From: Bacilli bacterium
Lineage (GTDB): Bacteria; Bacillota_I; Bacilli_A; RFN20; CAG-826
Assembly (NCBI GenBank): GCA_035647455.1
Contig: DASRNI010000028.1
Span: forward strand, 138,736-202,735
Direction of reading: 5' to 3'
Length of the DNA: 64,000 nucleotides
Shown here: piece by piece, positions 45,296-53,613 of the stretch
Position numbering within the stretch: the first letter of the stretch is position 1
Layout: every line of letters begins with the position of its first letter
Position numbers and translations under genes: made by a program
The notes under the pieces: model-generated
Database searches by the model: none
Seen by the model: the letters and a program-made list of their open reading frames with translations, nothing else
What the model was told of the DNA's origin: nothing

Positions 45296-46900
45296 ATGCA
45301 TAAAAAACCAATTATTTTAGTTATTTTGGACGGGTATGGATACAGTTTAGAAGCAAAGGGCAACGCTGTTCTTGCCGCAAATACTCCGACAATTACTAAC
45401 TTTTTTAAAGAATACCCAACAACGTTAATTGAGGCTTCTGGTGAAGCGGTTGGCTTACCAACGGGACAAATGGGAAATAGTGAAGTTGGCCACATGAATA
45501 TTGGCGCCGGACGCATTGTCTATCAGTCGTTAACTTATATTAATCAGAAAATAAAAGATAAAACTTTCTTTGCGAATAAGAGTTATTTAAAAGCGATCGC
45601 CCACGCGAAACAAAATAATGCTAAGTTACATCTTTTTGGTTTAGTTAGTGATGGTGGTGTTCATTCTCATCTCGAACATATAAAAGCAATTTTATTAATG
45701 GCAAAGAATGAAGGCTTGAATAATGCATATATGCATGCTTTTATGGATGGACGTGATGTTGCACCACAAAATGGGCCAAAATATATTAAAGAATTAACTG
45801 ATTATATGGCGGAAATAAAGTTTGGTGAACTTGCCTCGATCAGTGGTCGCTATTATGCGATGGACCGTGATAAAAACTTAAGTCGTAACGACTTAGCGTT
45901 TCAAACAATTGCTAATCGGGCCGGGTTGTCATTTAGTGATTTTAATGCTTACTTTAAGAATCAATATCAAACATTACCTAAATCCGGCATGGAACCAAGT
46001 GATGAATTTGTAATTCCGGCATATAACGAGAATGTTAATGCAAAACTAGAATCAAACGATGCGGTTATTTTTATGAATTTCCGTCCTGACCGCGCAATTC
46101 AGTTAAGCACAATGATTACGAATCCCCGCTTTTATAGTAATCCGCCACTTGTCGATGGTGTTCCCGCTTATGAAGCATATACACCTAATAAAACATTTAG
46201 TAACTTATGTTACGTTTGTACGATGAAATATGCGGATTCTGTCAAAGGGGAAATTGCTTTTGCCTTACCGCCACTTGATAACGGTCTTGGCGTATTTCTT
46301 GCTAATAAAGGTTATAAGCAACTTCGCATTGCCGAAACGGAAAAATATGCGCATGTTACTTTTTTCTTTGATGGCACAGTTAATTATGATGGCGTTGAAA
46401 AGCCGGAACTAAAAGGGGCACGTCGTGTTTTAATTAATTCGCCAAAAGTTGCTACTTATGACTTAAAACCAGAAATGGGGGCATACGAAATAACTGATGC
46501 TTTAATTAACGAACTTAATAAAGGCGATTTGGATGTTGTTATATTGAACTTTGCCAACCCCGACATGGTTGGTCATACTGCAATTATGCCCGCGGTTATT
46601 AAAGCACTTGAAGCAGTTGATCGTTGTGTTTTAAAAATTAAAAACTGGGTTGACACAAATGGTGGAACTTTAATTTTGACCGCAGATCACGGCAACGCGG
46701 AAAAACTTTTAGAAGAAGATGGCCGCCCCTGCACCGCTCATACTACGAATTTAGTGCAATTTAGCATTAATAATAAAAAAATAAAATTAAGAAAGGATGG
46801 TGGAAAACTTGGTAATATTGCTCCAACAATTATCGATTTACTTGGCGAAACCGCACCACAAGAAATGACCGAATCAAGTTTAATCACCAAAAAAGGATAA
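45296..46900 (+). CDS. gpmI: 2,3-bisphosphoglycerate-independent phosphoglycerate mutase
   Basis: ILDGYG, GNSEVGHMNIGAGR and NFANPDMVGHT, ADHGNAE motifs. Confidence 0.95.
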   Translation: MHKKPIILVILDGYGYSLEAKGNAVLAANTPTITNFFKEYPTTLIEASGEAVGLPTGQMGNSEVGHMNIGAGRIVYQSLTYINQKIKDKTFFANKSYLKAIAHAKQNNAKLHLFGLVSDGGVHSHLEHIKAILLMAKNEGLNNAYMHAFMDGRDVAPQNGPKYIKELTDYMAEIKFGELASISGRYYAMDRDKNLSRNDLAFQTIANRAGLSFSDFNAYFKNQYQTLPKSGMEPSDEFVIPAYNENVNAKLESNDAVIFMNFRPDRAIQLSTMITNPRFYSNPPLVDGVPAYEAYTPNKTFSNLCYVCTMKYADSVKGEIAFALPPLDNGLGVFLANKGYKQLRIAETEKYAHVTFFFDGTVNYDGVEKPELKGARRVLINSPKVATYDLKPEMGAYEITDALINELNKGDLDVVILNFANPDMVGHTAIMPAVIKALEAVDRCVLKIKNWVDTNGGTLILTADHGNAEKLLEEDGRPCTAHTTNLVQFSINNKKIKLRKDGGKLGNIAPTIIDLLGETAPQEMTESSLITKKG

Positions 46901-46902
46901 TT

Positions 46903-48597
46903 ATGAAATTTAGTGAATATCCATTTAACATTCCTAATGTTGAAAAAGTCCAAAAAGACTTACTTAAACTTATAGCAAGGTTTAAAGAAGCACAAGATGC
47001 GAAAGCTGCCGCGCGAGTAATGCGGCGTATTTCCAAATATATGGAAGAAGTACGTACTGATGCAACAATTATTACCGTCCGGTTTTCGCAAGATACAACG
47101 AATGAAGAATACGTTAAGGCACGTGAATATCTCGATCAAAACTTGCCTTACTTATCAGCAGTTCTTAATGAATACAATCATTTATTAGTTAATTCCCCAT
47201 TCCGTGCGGAACTTGAAAAGACATGGGGAACGTATTATTTTGAAATGATCGAAACCTCGCTGAAAGTGTTTAATCCTTCAATTATTGAACTCATGCAAAA
47301 AGAAGCGAAATTAACAAGTGACTATGACAAACTGATTGCCAGTGCCAAAATTAAGTTTAATGGCGAAGTGCTTAACTTATCGCAATTAGGGAAGTACACA
47401 ACACATAAAGACCGCGAAACACGAAAGAAAGCAACAATAGCGTCAATGAAGTTCTTTGAAAAAAATGACGAAGAACTCGGCCGGATTTATGATGAATTAG
47501 TGAAGGCACGCGACGAAATGGCGAAGAAACTTGGCTTCAATAACTATTTAGAGCTAGGTTACTTAAAACTTGGCCGTCTTGATTATACGCATAAAGAAGT
47601 CGCAGTTTACCGTGAGCAAATCTTTAATGATGTCGTGCCTTATGTGACAAGACTTTACCGGCAAAGCTTAAAACGCGCAGGTATTAAAGGTCCACGAATT
47701 TATGACTTATCACAAGACTTTATTGATGGGAATCCACTCCCACTTGGCGATAGTAAATATTTAGTGGAACAAGCAACGAAAATGTATGATGAACTTAGTT
47801 TAGAAACTGGGGCATTTTTCCGCTTCATGGTTGAAAATGAATTGCTTGATCTTGATGCACGCGCGGGTAAACGTGGCGGTGGTTTCATGACTTACTTCCC
47901 GCGTTACCAAGCACCGTTTATTTTTGCTAACTTTAATGGTACAGCACAAGACGTTGATACACTAACTCATGAAGTTGGTCATGCTTATCAAGGTTATGAA
48001 AGCCGCAACATTAAAATTGCCGAGTACCGCTCACCAACGTTAGAAGCATGTGAAATTCATTCAATGAGCATGGAGTTCTTTGCTTGGCCATGGATGGAAC
48101 TCATGTTTGACGACGCTGATAAATATCGTTTATCACACTTAGAAGGAACAATTAAGTTTCTCCCTTATGGTGTTGCTGTTGATGAATTCCAAGAGCAAGT
48201 TTATTTAAACCCGCATTATACCCATGAAGAACGTTGTACTTTATGGCGCGACATTGAAAAGAAATACTTACCAATTCGCAATTATCGCGGTTTACCGTTC
48301 TTTGAAAAAGGAACATTCTGGCTCCGCCAAGCACATATTTTTACTGCGCCACTATATTACATTGATTACACTTTAGCCCAAGTCGTTGCGTTCCAATTCG
48401 CTAACGAAATGTGGCGTAATCCAGAGAGAGCGTGGCGCAAATATGTCCGCCTTTGTCGTTTAGGTGGGCGCTATCCATTTGTGGAACTTTTAGAAAAAGC
48501 AAAACTGCGTAATCCATTTATCGAAGGAAATGTTAAAAAGGCAATCACGCCGCTACGGCGCAAACTAAAATTACTCGCTGAAGAGTTAGTCGAATAA
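46903..48597 (+). CDS. pepF: M3B-family oligoendopeptidase (PepF-like)
   Basis: 564 aa. Zinc motif HEVGHAYQ with a downstream E (EACEIHS). Confidence 0.85.
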   Translation: MKFSEYPFNIPNVEKVQKDLLKLIARFKEAQDAKAAARVMRRISKYMEEVRTDATIITVRFSQDTTNEEYVKAREYLDQNLPYLSAVLNEYNHLLVNSPFRAELEKTWGTYYFEMIETSLKVFNPSIIELMQKEAKLTSDYDKLIASAKIKFNGEVLNLSQLGKYTTHKDRETRKKATIASMKFFEKNDEELGRIYDELVKARDEMAKKLGFNNYLELGYLKLGRLDYTHKEVAVYREQIFNDVVPYVTRLYRQSLKRAGIKGPRIYDLSQDFIDGNPLPLGDSKYLVEQATKMYDELSLETGAFFRFMVENELLDLDARAGKRGGGFMTYFPRYQAPFIFANFNGTAQDVDTLTHEVGHAYQGYESRNIKIAEYRSPTLEACEIHSMSMEFFAWPWMELMFDDADKYRLSHLEGTIKFLPYGVAVDEFQEQVYLNPHYTHEERCTLWRDIEKKYLPIRNYRGLPFFEKGTFWLRQAHIFTAPLYYIDYTLAQVVAFQFANEMWRNPERAWRKYVRLCRLGGRYPFVELLEKAKLRNPFIEGNVKKAITPLRRKLKLLAEELVE

Positions 48598-48606
48598 TTA
48601 TATAAG

Positions 48607-48636
48607 ACTCTCCAAATAAAATTGGAGAGTTTTTTA
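48607..48636 (+). terminator. Intrinsic terminator after pepF (abuts the rex stop)
   Basis: ACTCTCCAA ataaaa TTGGAGAGT followed by TTTTT. Confidence 0.7.
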
Positions 48637-49290
48637 TTTACGTTTTTTTCGTGAACGCTTAATATTTAGGCGATAATTGAGTAGTGATAAACTACTGGCC
48701 ATGTTTTCGTTTTGTAAGACGATATGGTCGGGAACGTTAATATGTGTCGGTGCAAAGTTCCAAATTGCTTTTACCCCGGCTTTAACTGCATCGTTCGTTG
48801 CTTGTTGGGCAACGTTCCGTGGGGTTGTAATAATCGCAATTTCCGCACCAATGTCCGCAACAATTTTTTCGAGATCATCGAGAGAATATATTTTCTTATC
48901 GTTCATAACAGTACCGATTAGTTTTTCATCAGTATCAAAGCCAGCAACAATATCGAGTCCCCATTCATGAAAACCGTCATAATTTAATAGTGCTGTTCCT
49001 AAATGGCCAACACCGAGAAGAACAGCGGTACTTATTTTTGTGTAAACGCCAAACTCTAAAATTTCGTCAACGAGTAAACTAGCTTTACGACCAAGTTTTG
49101 GATTACCGGGTGTTTTACAAATTTGCGCTAAATCTTTTTTTACCGTTTCAACATTAATCCCGGTTATTTCGCTAATTTGTGGTGACGTTATATAAAGAGC
49201 GCCATCATTTAATAACTGCCGACTAACACTTAAGTAAATCGGGGTCCGAAATACTAAGTTTTTGGAAACTTTTGGTTTTACTTTTTTCAT
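48634..49290 (-). CDS. rex: Redox-sensing transcriptional repressor Rex
   Basis: N-terminal winged-helix domain (RTPIYLSVSRQL..ITSPQISEITGIN) plus a Rossmann fold (LLGVGHLGTALLNY). Confidence 0.85.
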   Translation of the reverse strand: MKKVKPKVSKNLVFRTPIYLSVSRQLLNDGALYITSPQISEITGINVETVKKDLAQICKTPGNPKLGRKASLLVDEILEFGVYTKISTAVLLGVGHLGTALLNYDGFHEWGLDIVAGFDTDEKLIGTVMNDKKIYSLDDLEKIVADIGAEIAIITTPRNVAQQATNDAVKAGVKAIWNFAPTHINVPDHIVLQNENMASSLSLLNYRLNIKRSRKKRK

Positions 49291-49365
49291 AATATCCTCT
49301 TCATATGTGGATTTTTTTCTCTATATGAACTATTATAACCGCTTTACTGCTTTTTTTCTCTTAAT

Positions 49366-49393
49366 ATTAAAAAAAATCTCCCCAACGGGAGAT
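49366..49393 (-). terminator. Intrinsic terminator downstream of tRNA-Leu(GAG)
   Basis: On the minus strand: ATCTCCC gttg GGGAGAT followed by TTTTTTTT. Confidence 0.6.
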
Positions 49394-49400
49394 AATTTCT

Positions 49401-49485
49401 GGTGCAGCCAGAGAGACTTGAACTCTCATGGATTGCTCCATACGGCCCTCAACCGTACGCGTCTACCAGTTCCGCCATGGCTGCA
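49401..49485 (-). tRNA. tRNA-Leu (anticodon GAG), CCA encoded
   Basis: Reverse complement: GCAGCCATGGCGGAACTGGTAGACGCGTACGG TTGAGGG CCGTA..long variable arm..GTTCAAGTC..TGGCTGCACCA. Confidence 0.9.
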
Positions 49486-49533
49486 TCTTTTGTTATTATA
49501 GCAATTTATTTAAAAGTTGCAAGAGTGAAGTAG

Positions 49534-50019
49534 TTATTCTTCGTCATTTTCCGTTTCATTGATTTCGTCATTTTCTTTTTTCGGTTTAAAAATAAATAGT
49601 TTGCGGGTAATGTAATTAAAGATTAAAACAATGAGTGTCGCAAAACCGAAAACGAAAGCATTCCAGAAAAAGTTAACGCGTAGATCTAAGATAAGTTCGC
49701 CAAGTTTAGTAATACCAAGATTGAGTCCAAATCCTAATAGTGAAAGTGTTGCGAAAAGAATAAATCCAGTAATAGAACGTGAATCTTTTTCATCGGCAAC
49801 ATTTTTATAAACAAAGAACACAGAAAGAATATAGTTGGCAATGATGCCCGCAGCTTGTCCGGCTGTTTTCGCAACAACTGTACTATGTGTGCCTGTATAA
49901 ACTACGTAGAAAAACAAACTGTACACCGCAAAATCAATTAGTGTGCAAATAATACCTACAATAACAAAACGGATTATTTCGGCTTGGTTTTCACGATTTT
50001 TAATAAATTTCTTTAACAT
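49534..50019 (-). CDS. GtrA-family membrane protein
   Basis: 161 aa, four TM helices. N-terminal FVIVGIICTLIDFAVYSLF is typical of GtrA. Confidence 0.78.
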   Translation of the reverse strand: MLKKFIKNRENQAEIIRFVIVGIICTLIDFAVYSLFFYVVYTGTHSTVVAKTAGQAAGIIANYILSVFFVYKNVADEKDSRSITGFILFATLSLLGFGLNLGITKLGELILDLRVNFFWNAFVFGFATLIVLIFNYITRKLFIFKPKKENDEINETENDEE

Positions 50020-50070
50020 ATAATTAGCCTTTACTATTCTACCATTTTAACGGTGGCAATAACATTTTAA

Positions 50071-50079
50071 TGTTATACT
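50071..50079 (+). promoter_or_regulatory. Extended -10 promoter element of pduL, overlapped by an 18-bp palindrome
   Basis: TGtTATACT. The palindrome ATAACATT-TT-AATGTTAT spans 50059-50076. Confidence 0.4.
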
Positions 50080-50109
50080 TATGGGGAAGTTTAAAGTTGA
50101 GGTGAAGAA

Positions 50110-50688
50110 ATGAAGAAAATATTAGTCGAAACATCAGCACGGCACATCCATATTTCCCAAGAACACTTAGAAATTCTTTGTGGGAAAAATAGTGAACTTG
50201 AAGTTCGCGCGATGCTCAGCCAACCTGGTCAATATGCATCAAACACAAGACTCCAAGTTGTAGGACCAAAAGGCAGTTTCCCCAGCGTTACAATACTTGG
50301 ACCAACGCGAAAAGAAAGTCAAGTTGAAGTATCTTTAACTGATGCTCGTCTGCTTGGGCTCACCGTTCCGGTCCGTGAAAGTGGTGATATAGAAGGAACA
50401 CCAGGGATTAAGTTAATTGGCCCAAAAGGTGAAGTAACACTTGAAAAAGGTTTAATCGTCGCGAAACGCCATGTTCACATGACACCTAGTGACGCCGCAT
50501 CATTTAATGTTAAAAATAGTGAACTTGTCCAAATTAAAGTTAAATCTGGTGATCGCTCGCTTATTTTTGATGATGTAGTGATTCGTGTTCGTGAAGACTT
50601 TGCCCTAGCGATGCATATCGATACTGACGAAGCAAATGCAGCGGGAATTTGTGGTGAAGTTTTTGGCGAATTAATTAAAAAAGACTAA
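50110..50688 (+). CDS. pduL: PduL-type phosphate acyltransferase (phosphate propanoyl/acetyltransferase)
   Basis: Duplicated PduL repeats: VETSARHIHISQEHLEILCG and IVAKRHVHMTPSDAASF. GAGGTG SD. Confidence 0.88.
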   Translation: MKKILVETSARHIHISQEHLEILCGKNSELEVRAMLSQPGQYASNTRLQVVGPKGSFPSVTILGPTRKESQVEVSLTDARLLGLTVPVRESGDIEGTPGIKLIGPKGEVTLEKGLIVAKRHVHMTPSDAASFNVKNSELVQIKVKSGDRSLIFDDVVIRVREDFALAMHIDTDEANAAGICGEVFGELIKKD

Positions 50689-50697
50689 ACTTTCGTT

Positions 50698-50726
50698 TTG
50701 ACTTTAAAAGCAAAAAATAGTATATT
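50698..50726 (+). promoter_or_regulatory. Sigma-70-type promoter of the metK leader
   Basis: TTGACT, 17 nt, TATATT. Confidence 0.55.
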
Positions 50727-50732
50727 AAGTAT

Positions 50733-50866
50733 AGCCCTTATCAAGAACTACATTTCGAGGATTGATGTAGTAGCAACTCTTATGAACATAAGTAAGTGCT
50801 TCCTTAAGCAGGCTTCTGAACGATAAGGAAAGTATAAATTTACTTTCCTTTGGAAAGTATTTTTAT
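50733..50866 (+). promoter_or_regulatory. SAM-I-like riboswitch with terminator/antiterminator platform
   Basis: P1 is CCTTATC (50736-50742) with GATAAGG (50822-50828). J1/2 AAGA, ..TAGCAAC..GTGC.., then GCAGgcttCTG. Three 8-nt segments follow: GGAAAGTA (50827-50834), TACTTTCC (50841-50848) and GGAAAGTA (50852-50859). The last hairpin is followed by TTTTTATTT. Located upstream of metK. Confidence 0.65.
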
Positions 50867-50882
50867 TTATAAAGGAGAAATT

Positions 50883-52055
50883 ATGGAAAATTATCAAATC
50901 TTTACGAGCGAATCGGTTAGTGAAGGTCACCCCGATAAAGTTTGTGATCAAATAAGTGACGCAATCGTCGATGCAATTTTACAAAAAGATAAAAATGGAC
51001 GGATTGCCTGTGAAGTATTCGCAACCGATAACTTTATATTAATTGGTGGTGAAATTACAACAAGTGCTGATGTTGATTACGCACAAATTGCCCGCCGCGT
51101 ATTACGTGATATTGGTTATACAAACGCTGAATACGGTATTGACGCCGATAGTGCAGAAATTATTGTGCGAATTAATGAGCAGAGTGCCGATATTTCGCGG
51201 GGAATCACACGAGATAAAGAAGAAGAACTTGGTGCTGGTGACCAAGGTATGATGTTTGGATACGCCTCAAACGAAACGAAAGGCTTAATGCCTTTAGCAA
51301 CAGTCGTTGCCCATAAATTAATGCGTATTGCGACAGAAAAGCGCAAAAATGGTGCGTTTAAACATGCTCGCCCTGATATGAAGGCGCAAGTAACTGTTCG
51401 TTATTACGATAGCGGGAAAGTTGCACTTGATACTGTTGTAATGAGTGTTCAACATGACAAAAATATCGATAAAAAAGCATTCAAAAGCTATATATATGAC
51501 GAAATAATCTTACCAACGATAAAGAGTTTCAATCTTAATGAAGATTTTGTCACACTAATTAATCCGGCTGGTGACTTTGTTATTGGGGGACCTAAAGGTG
51601 ATGCTGGTTTAACCGGAAGAAAGATCATTGTTGATACATATGGAAGCTACGGTCGTCATGGCGGCGGTGCTTTTAGTGGTAAGGATCCGAGTAAAGTTGA
51701 CCGAAGCGGTGCATATATGGCCCGTTATATTGCTAAAAACATTGTCGCAGCTAAATTAGCTGATAAAGTTGAAATTCAACTAAGTTATGCGATTGGTGTG
51801 AGTGAACCGTTAGGAATTGCGCTTGAAACGTTTGGAACAGCAAAAAAATATACTGAACAACAAATTCTGCAAGCAGTTAGAGCAGTTTTTGATTGCCGCC
51901 CGGGTGTTATAATTAAAAACTTTGCTTTAACAACACCATCGTTTGCCTACGAAAAACTAGCAGTTCTCGGCCATTTTGGCCGTCCCGATATTACTGTGCC
52001 GTGGGAAAAAACGGATAAAGTAAACGCTTTACTAGCGTATTTAGAAAAAAACTAA
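50883..52055 (+). CDS. metK: S-adenosylmethionine synthase
   Basis: FTSESVSEGHPDK, GAGDQGMMFGYA and GGGAFSGKD motifs. AAAGGAGA SD before ATG 50883 (the ORF opens at 50850, inside the terminator). Confidence 0.95.
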   Translation: MENYQIFTSESVSEGHPDKVCDQISDAIVDAILQKDKNGRIACEVFATDNFILIGGEITTSADVDYAQIARRVLRDIGYTNAEYGIDADSAEIIVRINEQSADISRGITRDKEEELGAGDQGMMFGYASNETKGLMPLATVVAHKLMRIATEKRKNGAFKHARPDMKAQVTVRYYDSGKVALDTVVMSVQHDKNIDKKAFKSYIYDEIILPTIKSFNLNEDFVTLINPAGDFVIGGPKGDAGLTGRKIIVDTYGSYGRHGGGAFSGKDPSKVDRSGAYMARYIAKNIVAAKLADKVEIQLSYAIGVSEPLGIALETFGTAKKYTEQQILQAVRAVFDCRPGVIIKNFALTTPSFAYEKLAVLGHFGRPDITVPWEKTDKVNALLAYLEKN

Positions 52056-52146
52056 GTTTATTTCGGCGTTTCTCATTTTAAAATTAACGTTTATTTGTTA
52101 AAATAAAAGTGGAAGAAGCCATAACTTGATTGAAAGGAGTTTTTTC

Positions 52147-52692
52147 ATGAAATATCAAATTGTGGGAAAAAATATTAAAGTTACGGACGCAATTCGTCAG
52201 GCACTTGAAAAGAAATTATCACGGATGGATAAATACTTTTTAATTAACGATGATATTGTTTGTCGTGCTGTCGTTAGTGCATATAAAGTTGGTGCCAAAG
52301 TTGAAGTAACAATCTTTACGAAAATGCTCGATTTTCGTGCAGAAGAAAAAGGTGAAGATTTATACGCAACATTTGATAAAGCAATTGATGCTTTAGAACA
52401 ACAAATGCGGAAACTTAAAACAAAAATGAGTCGCCGCAACCGGCAAGCATTTGCCGAAGCAATTGCCTTTGAAAATATTGAAGCAATCGCGGAAGAAGAA
52501 GATGACACTGTTGTCCGCACAAAGTCAATTTTCCTTGAGCCAATGGTGCTTGATGAAGCGATTTTACGGATGCAAGCTCTCGGTCATAAATTTTTCCTTT
52601 ATTTAGACGCTGAAGATAATTTAATTTCACTGCTTTACGTTCGTGATGATGGTGGATACGGAATTATTCAAGCAGAAAATGAAATTTTGTAA
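52147..52692 (+). CDS. hpf: Ribosome hibernation promoting factor (long HPF)
   Basis: N-terminal S30AE/YfiA fold (MKYQIVGKNIKVTDAIR) plus a C-terminal dimerisation domain (FFLYLDAEDNLISLLYVRDDGGYGIIQ). GAAAGGAG SD. Confidence 0.9.
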   Translation: MKYQIVGKNIKVTDAIRQALEKKLSRMDKYFLINDDIVCRAVVSAYKVGAKVEVTIFTKMLDFRAEEKGEDLYATFDKAIDALEQQMRKLKTKMSRRNRQAFAEAIAFENIEAIAEEEDDTVVRTKSIFLEPMVLDEAILRMQALGHKFFLYLDAEDNLISLLYVRDDGGYGIIQAENEIL

Positions 52693-52767
52693 ATAAAAGT
52701 ATTATAAAAAGACTTACTTTACTTTAATAAAGTAAATGTAGTGATATAATACATATGGTTTTTTATA

Positions 52768-53613
52768 ATGACAAAAATACTTGCAACTGATTTAGATGGA
52801 ACATTATTTTATCCAAAACGTCGTCTTCGACTAATCCCTAGTAAAAATGTTTTGTTTTTACAAGATTTTGTTGATGAAGGCGGGAGACTCGTTTTAGTCA
52901 CGGGGAGAAGTCCAAGCTTTGCGACCAAAGTTTCTCAAAAAATTAATCGACCCTTTGATGTTATTGGGATGAATGGGGCATATACGATTACGAATAATAA
53001 AGTCGTCGAAGAGCATTTTTTAGCGTTAAATCTCGCTAGTTTTATTCAGGAAATATCTGATAAATACCCAATTCGTGGTTTAATGCTTATATCGCACGAT
53101 TACCCGCTCTTAATGACAGTGCCGAAAAATGATTTCTTTGTCAATATGTTTTATCATCTTTATTATTTCGTTCAAGGTGTTTATAAAGAAGATTACTTAA
53201 ATTCAACGGAAGTATTTAATGAGCAACTAGAAAGTGAACAAGTTTATAAAATGATGTTCTTTTTCGGTGTTACAAAAAAGAAACAAAATATTGCCCGTGA
53301 GGCAAATAAATATATTCGCAAAAAATATGGTGACGTAATTGAATCTTCATGGACCGGTGGTTTTATTGAAATTACTCCGCATGGATGCAGTAAAGCTAAC
53401 GGTATTACAAATTACGTTAAAAAACAAAAACTTAATCCTGATGACGTTTATGTTGTTGGTGATTCTGGCAATGATATTTCGATGTTTCGGGCGTTTCATG
53501 ACAAGTCTTTTTGTATGAAACATGCCCCGCGAAGAGTGCGCAAACATGCGCGTTATCATCTTCGACGTTTCCATCATTTGCGCCGATATATAATGGAGGA
53601 GAAAAATGAATAG
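52768..53613 (+). CDS. Cof-type HAD-IIB phosphatase
   Basis: Motif I ATDLDGTLF and motif IV VGDSGNDISMF. Confidence 0.8.
   Translation: MTKILATDLDGTLFYPKRRLRLIPSKNVLFLQDFVDEGGRLVLVTGRSPSFATKVSQKINRPFDVIGMNGAYTITNNKVVEEHFLALNLASFIQEISDKYPIRGLMLISHDYPLLMTVPKNDFFVNMFYHLYYFVQGVYKEDYLNSTEVFNEQLESEQVYKMMFFFGVTKKKQNIAREANKYIRKKYGDVIESSWTGGFIEITPHGCSKANGITNYVKKQKLNPDDVYVVGDSGNDISMFRAFHDKSFCMKHAPRRVRKHARYHLRRFHHLRRYIMEEKNE

Noticed and set aside
49291-50109. Canonical Rex boxes (TTGTGAA-N-TTCACAA / TTGTTAA-N-TTAACAA) near rex, gtrA and pduL
   Set aside because: No sequence with the canonical half-site order was found by eye. The only strong palindrome (50059-50076) has the half-sites in reversed order, so it is reported only as a candidate operator.
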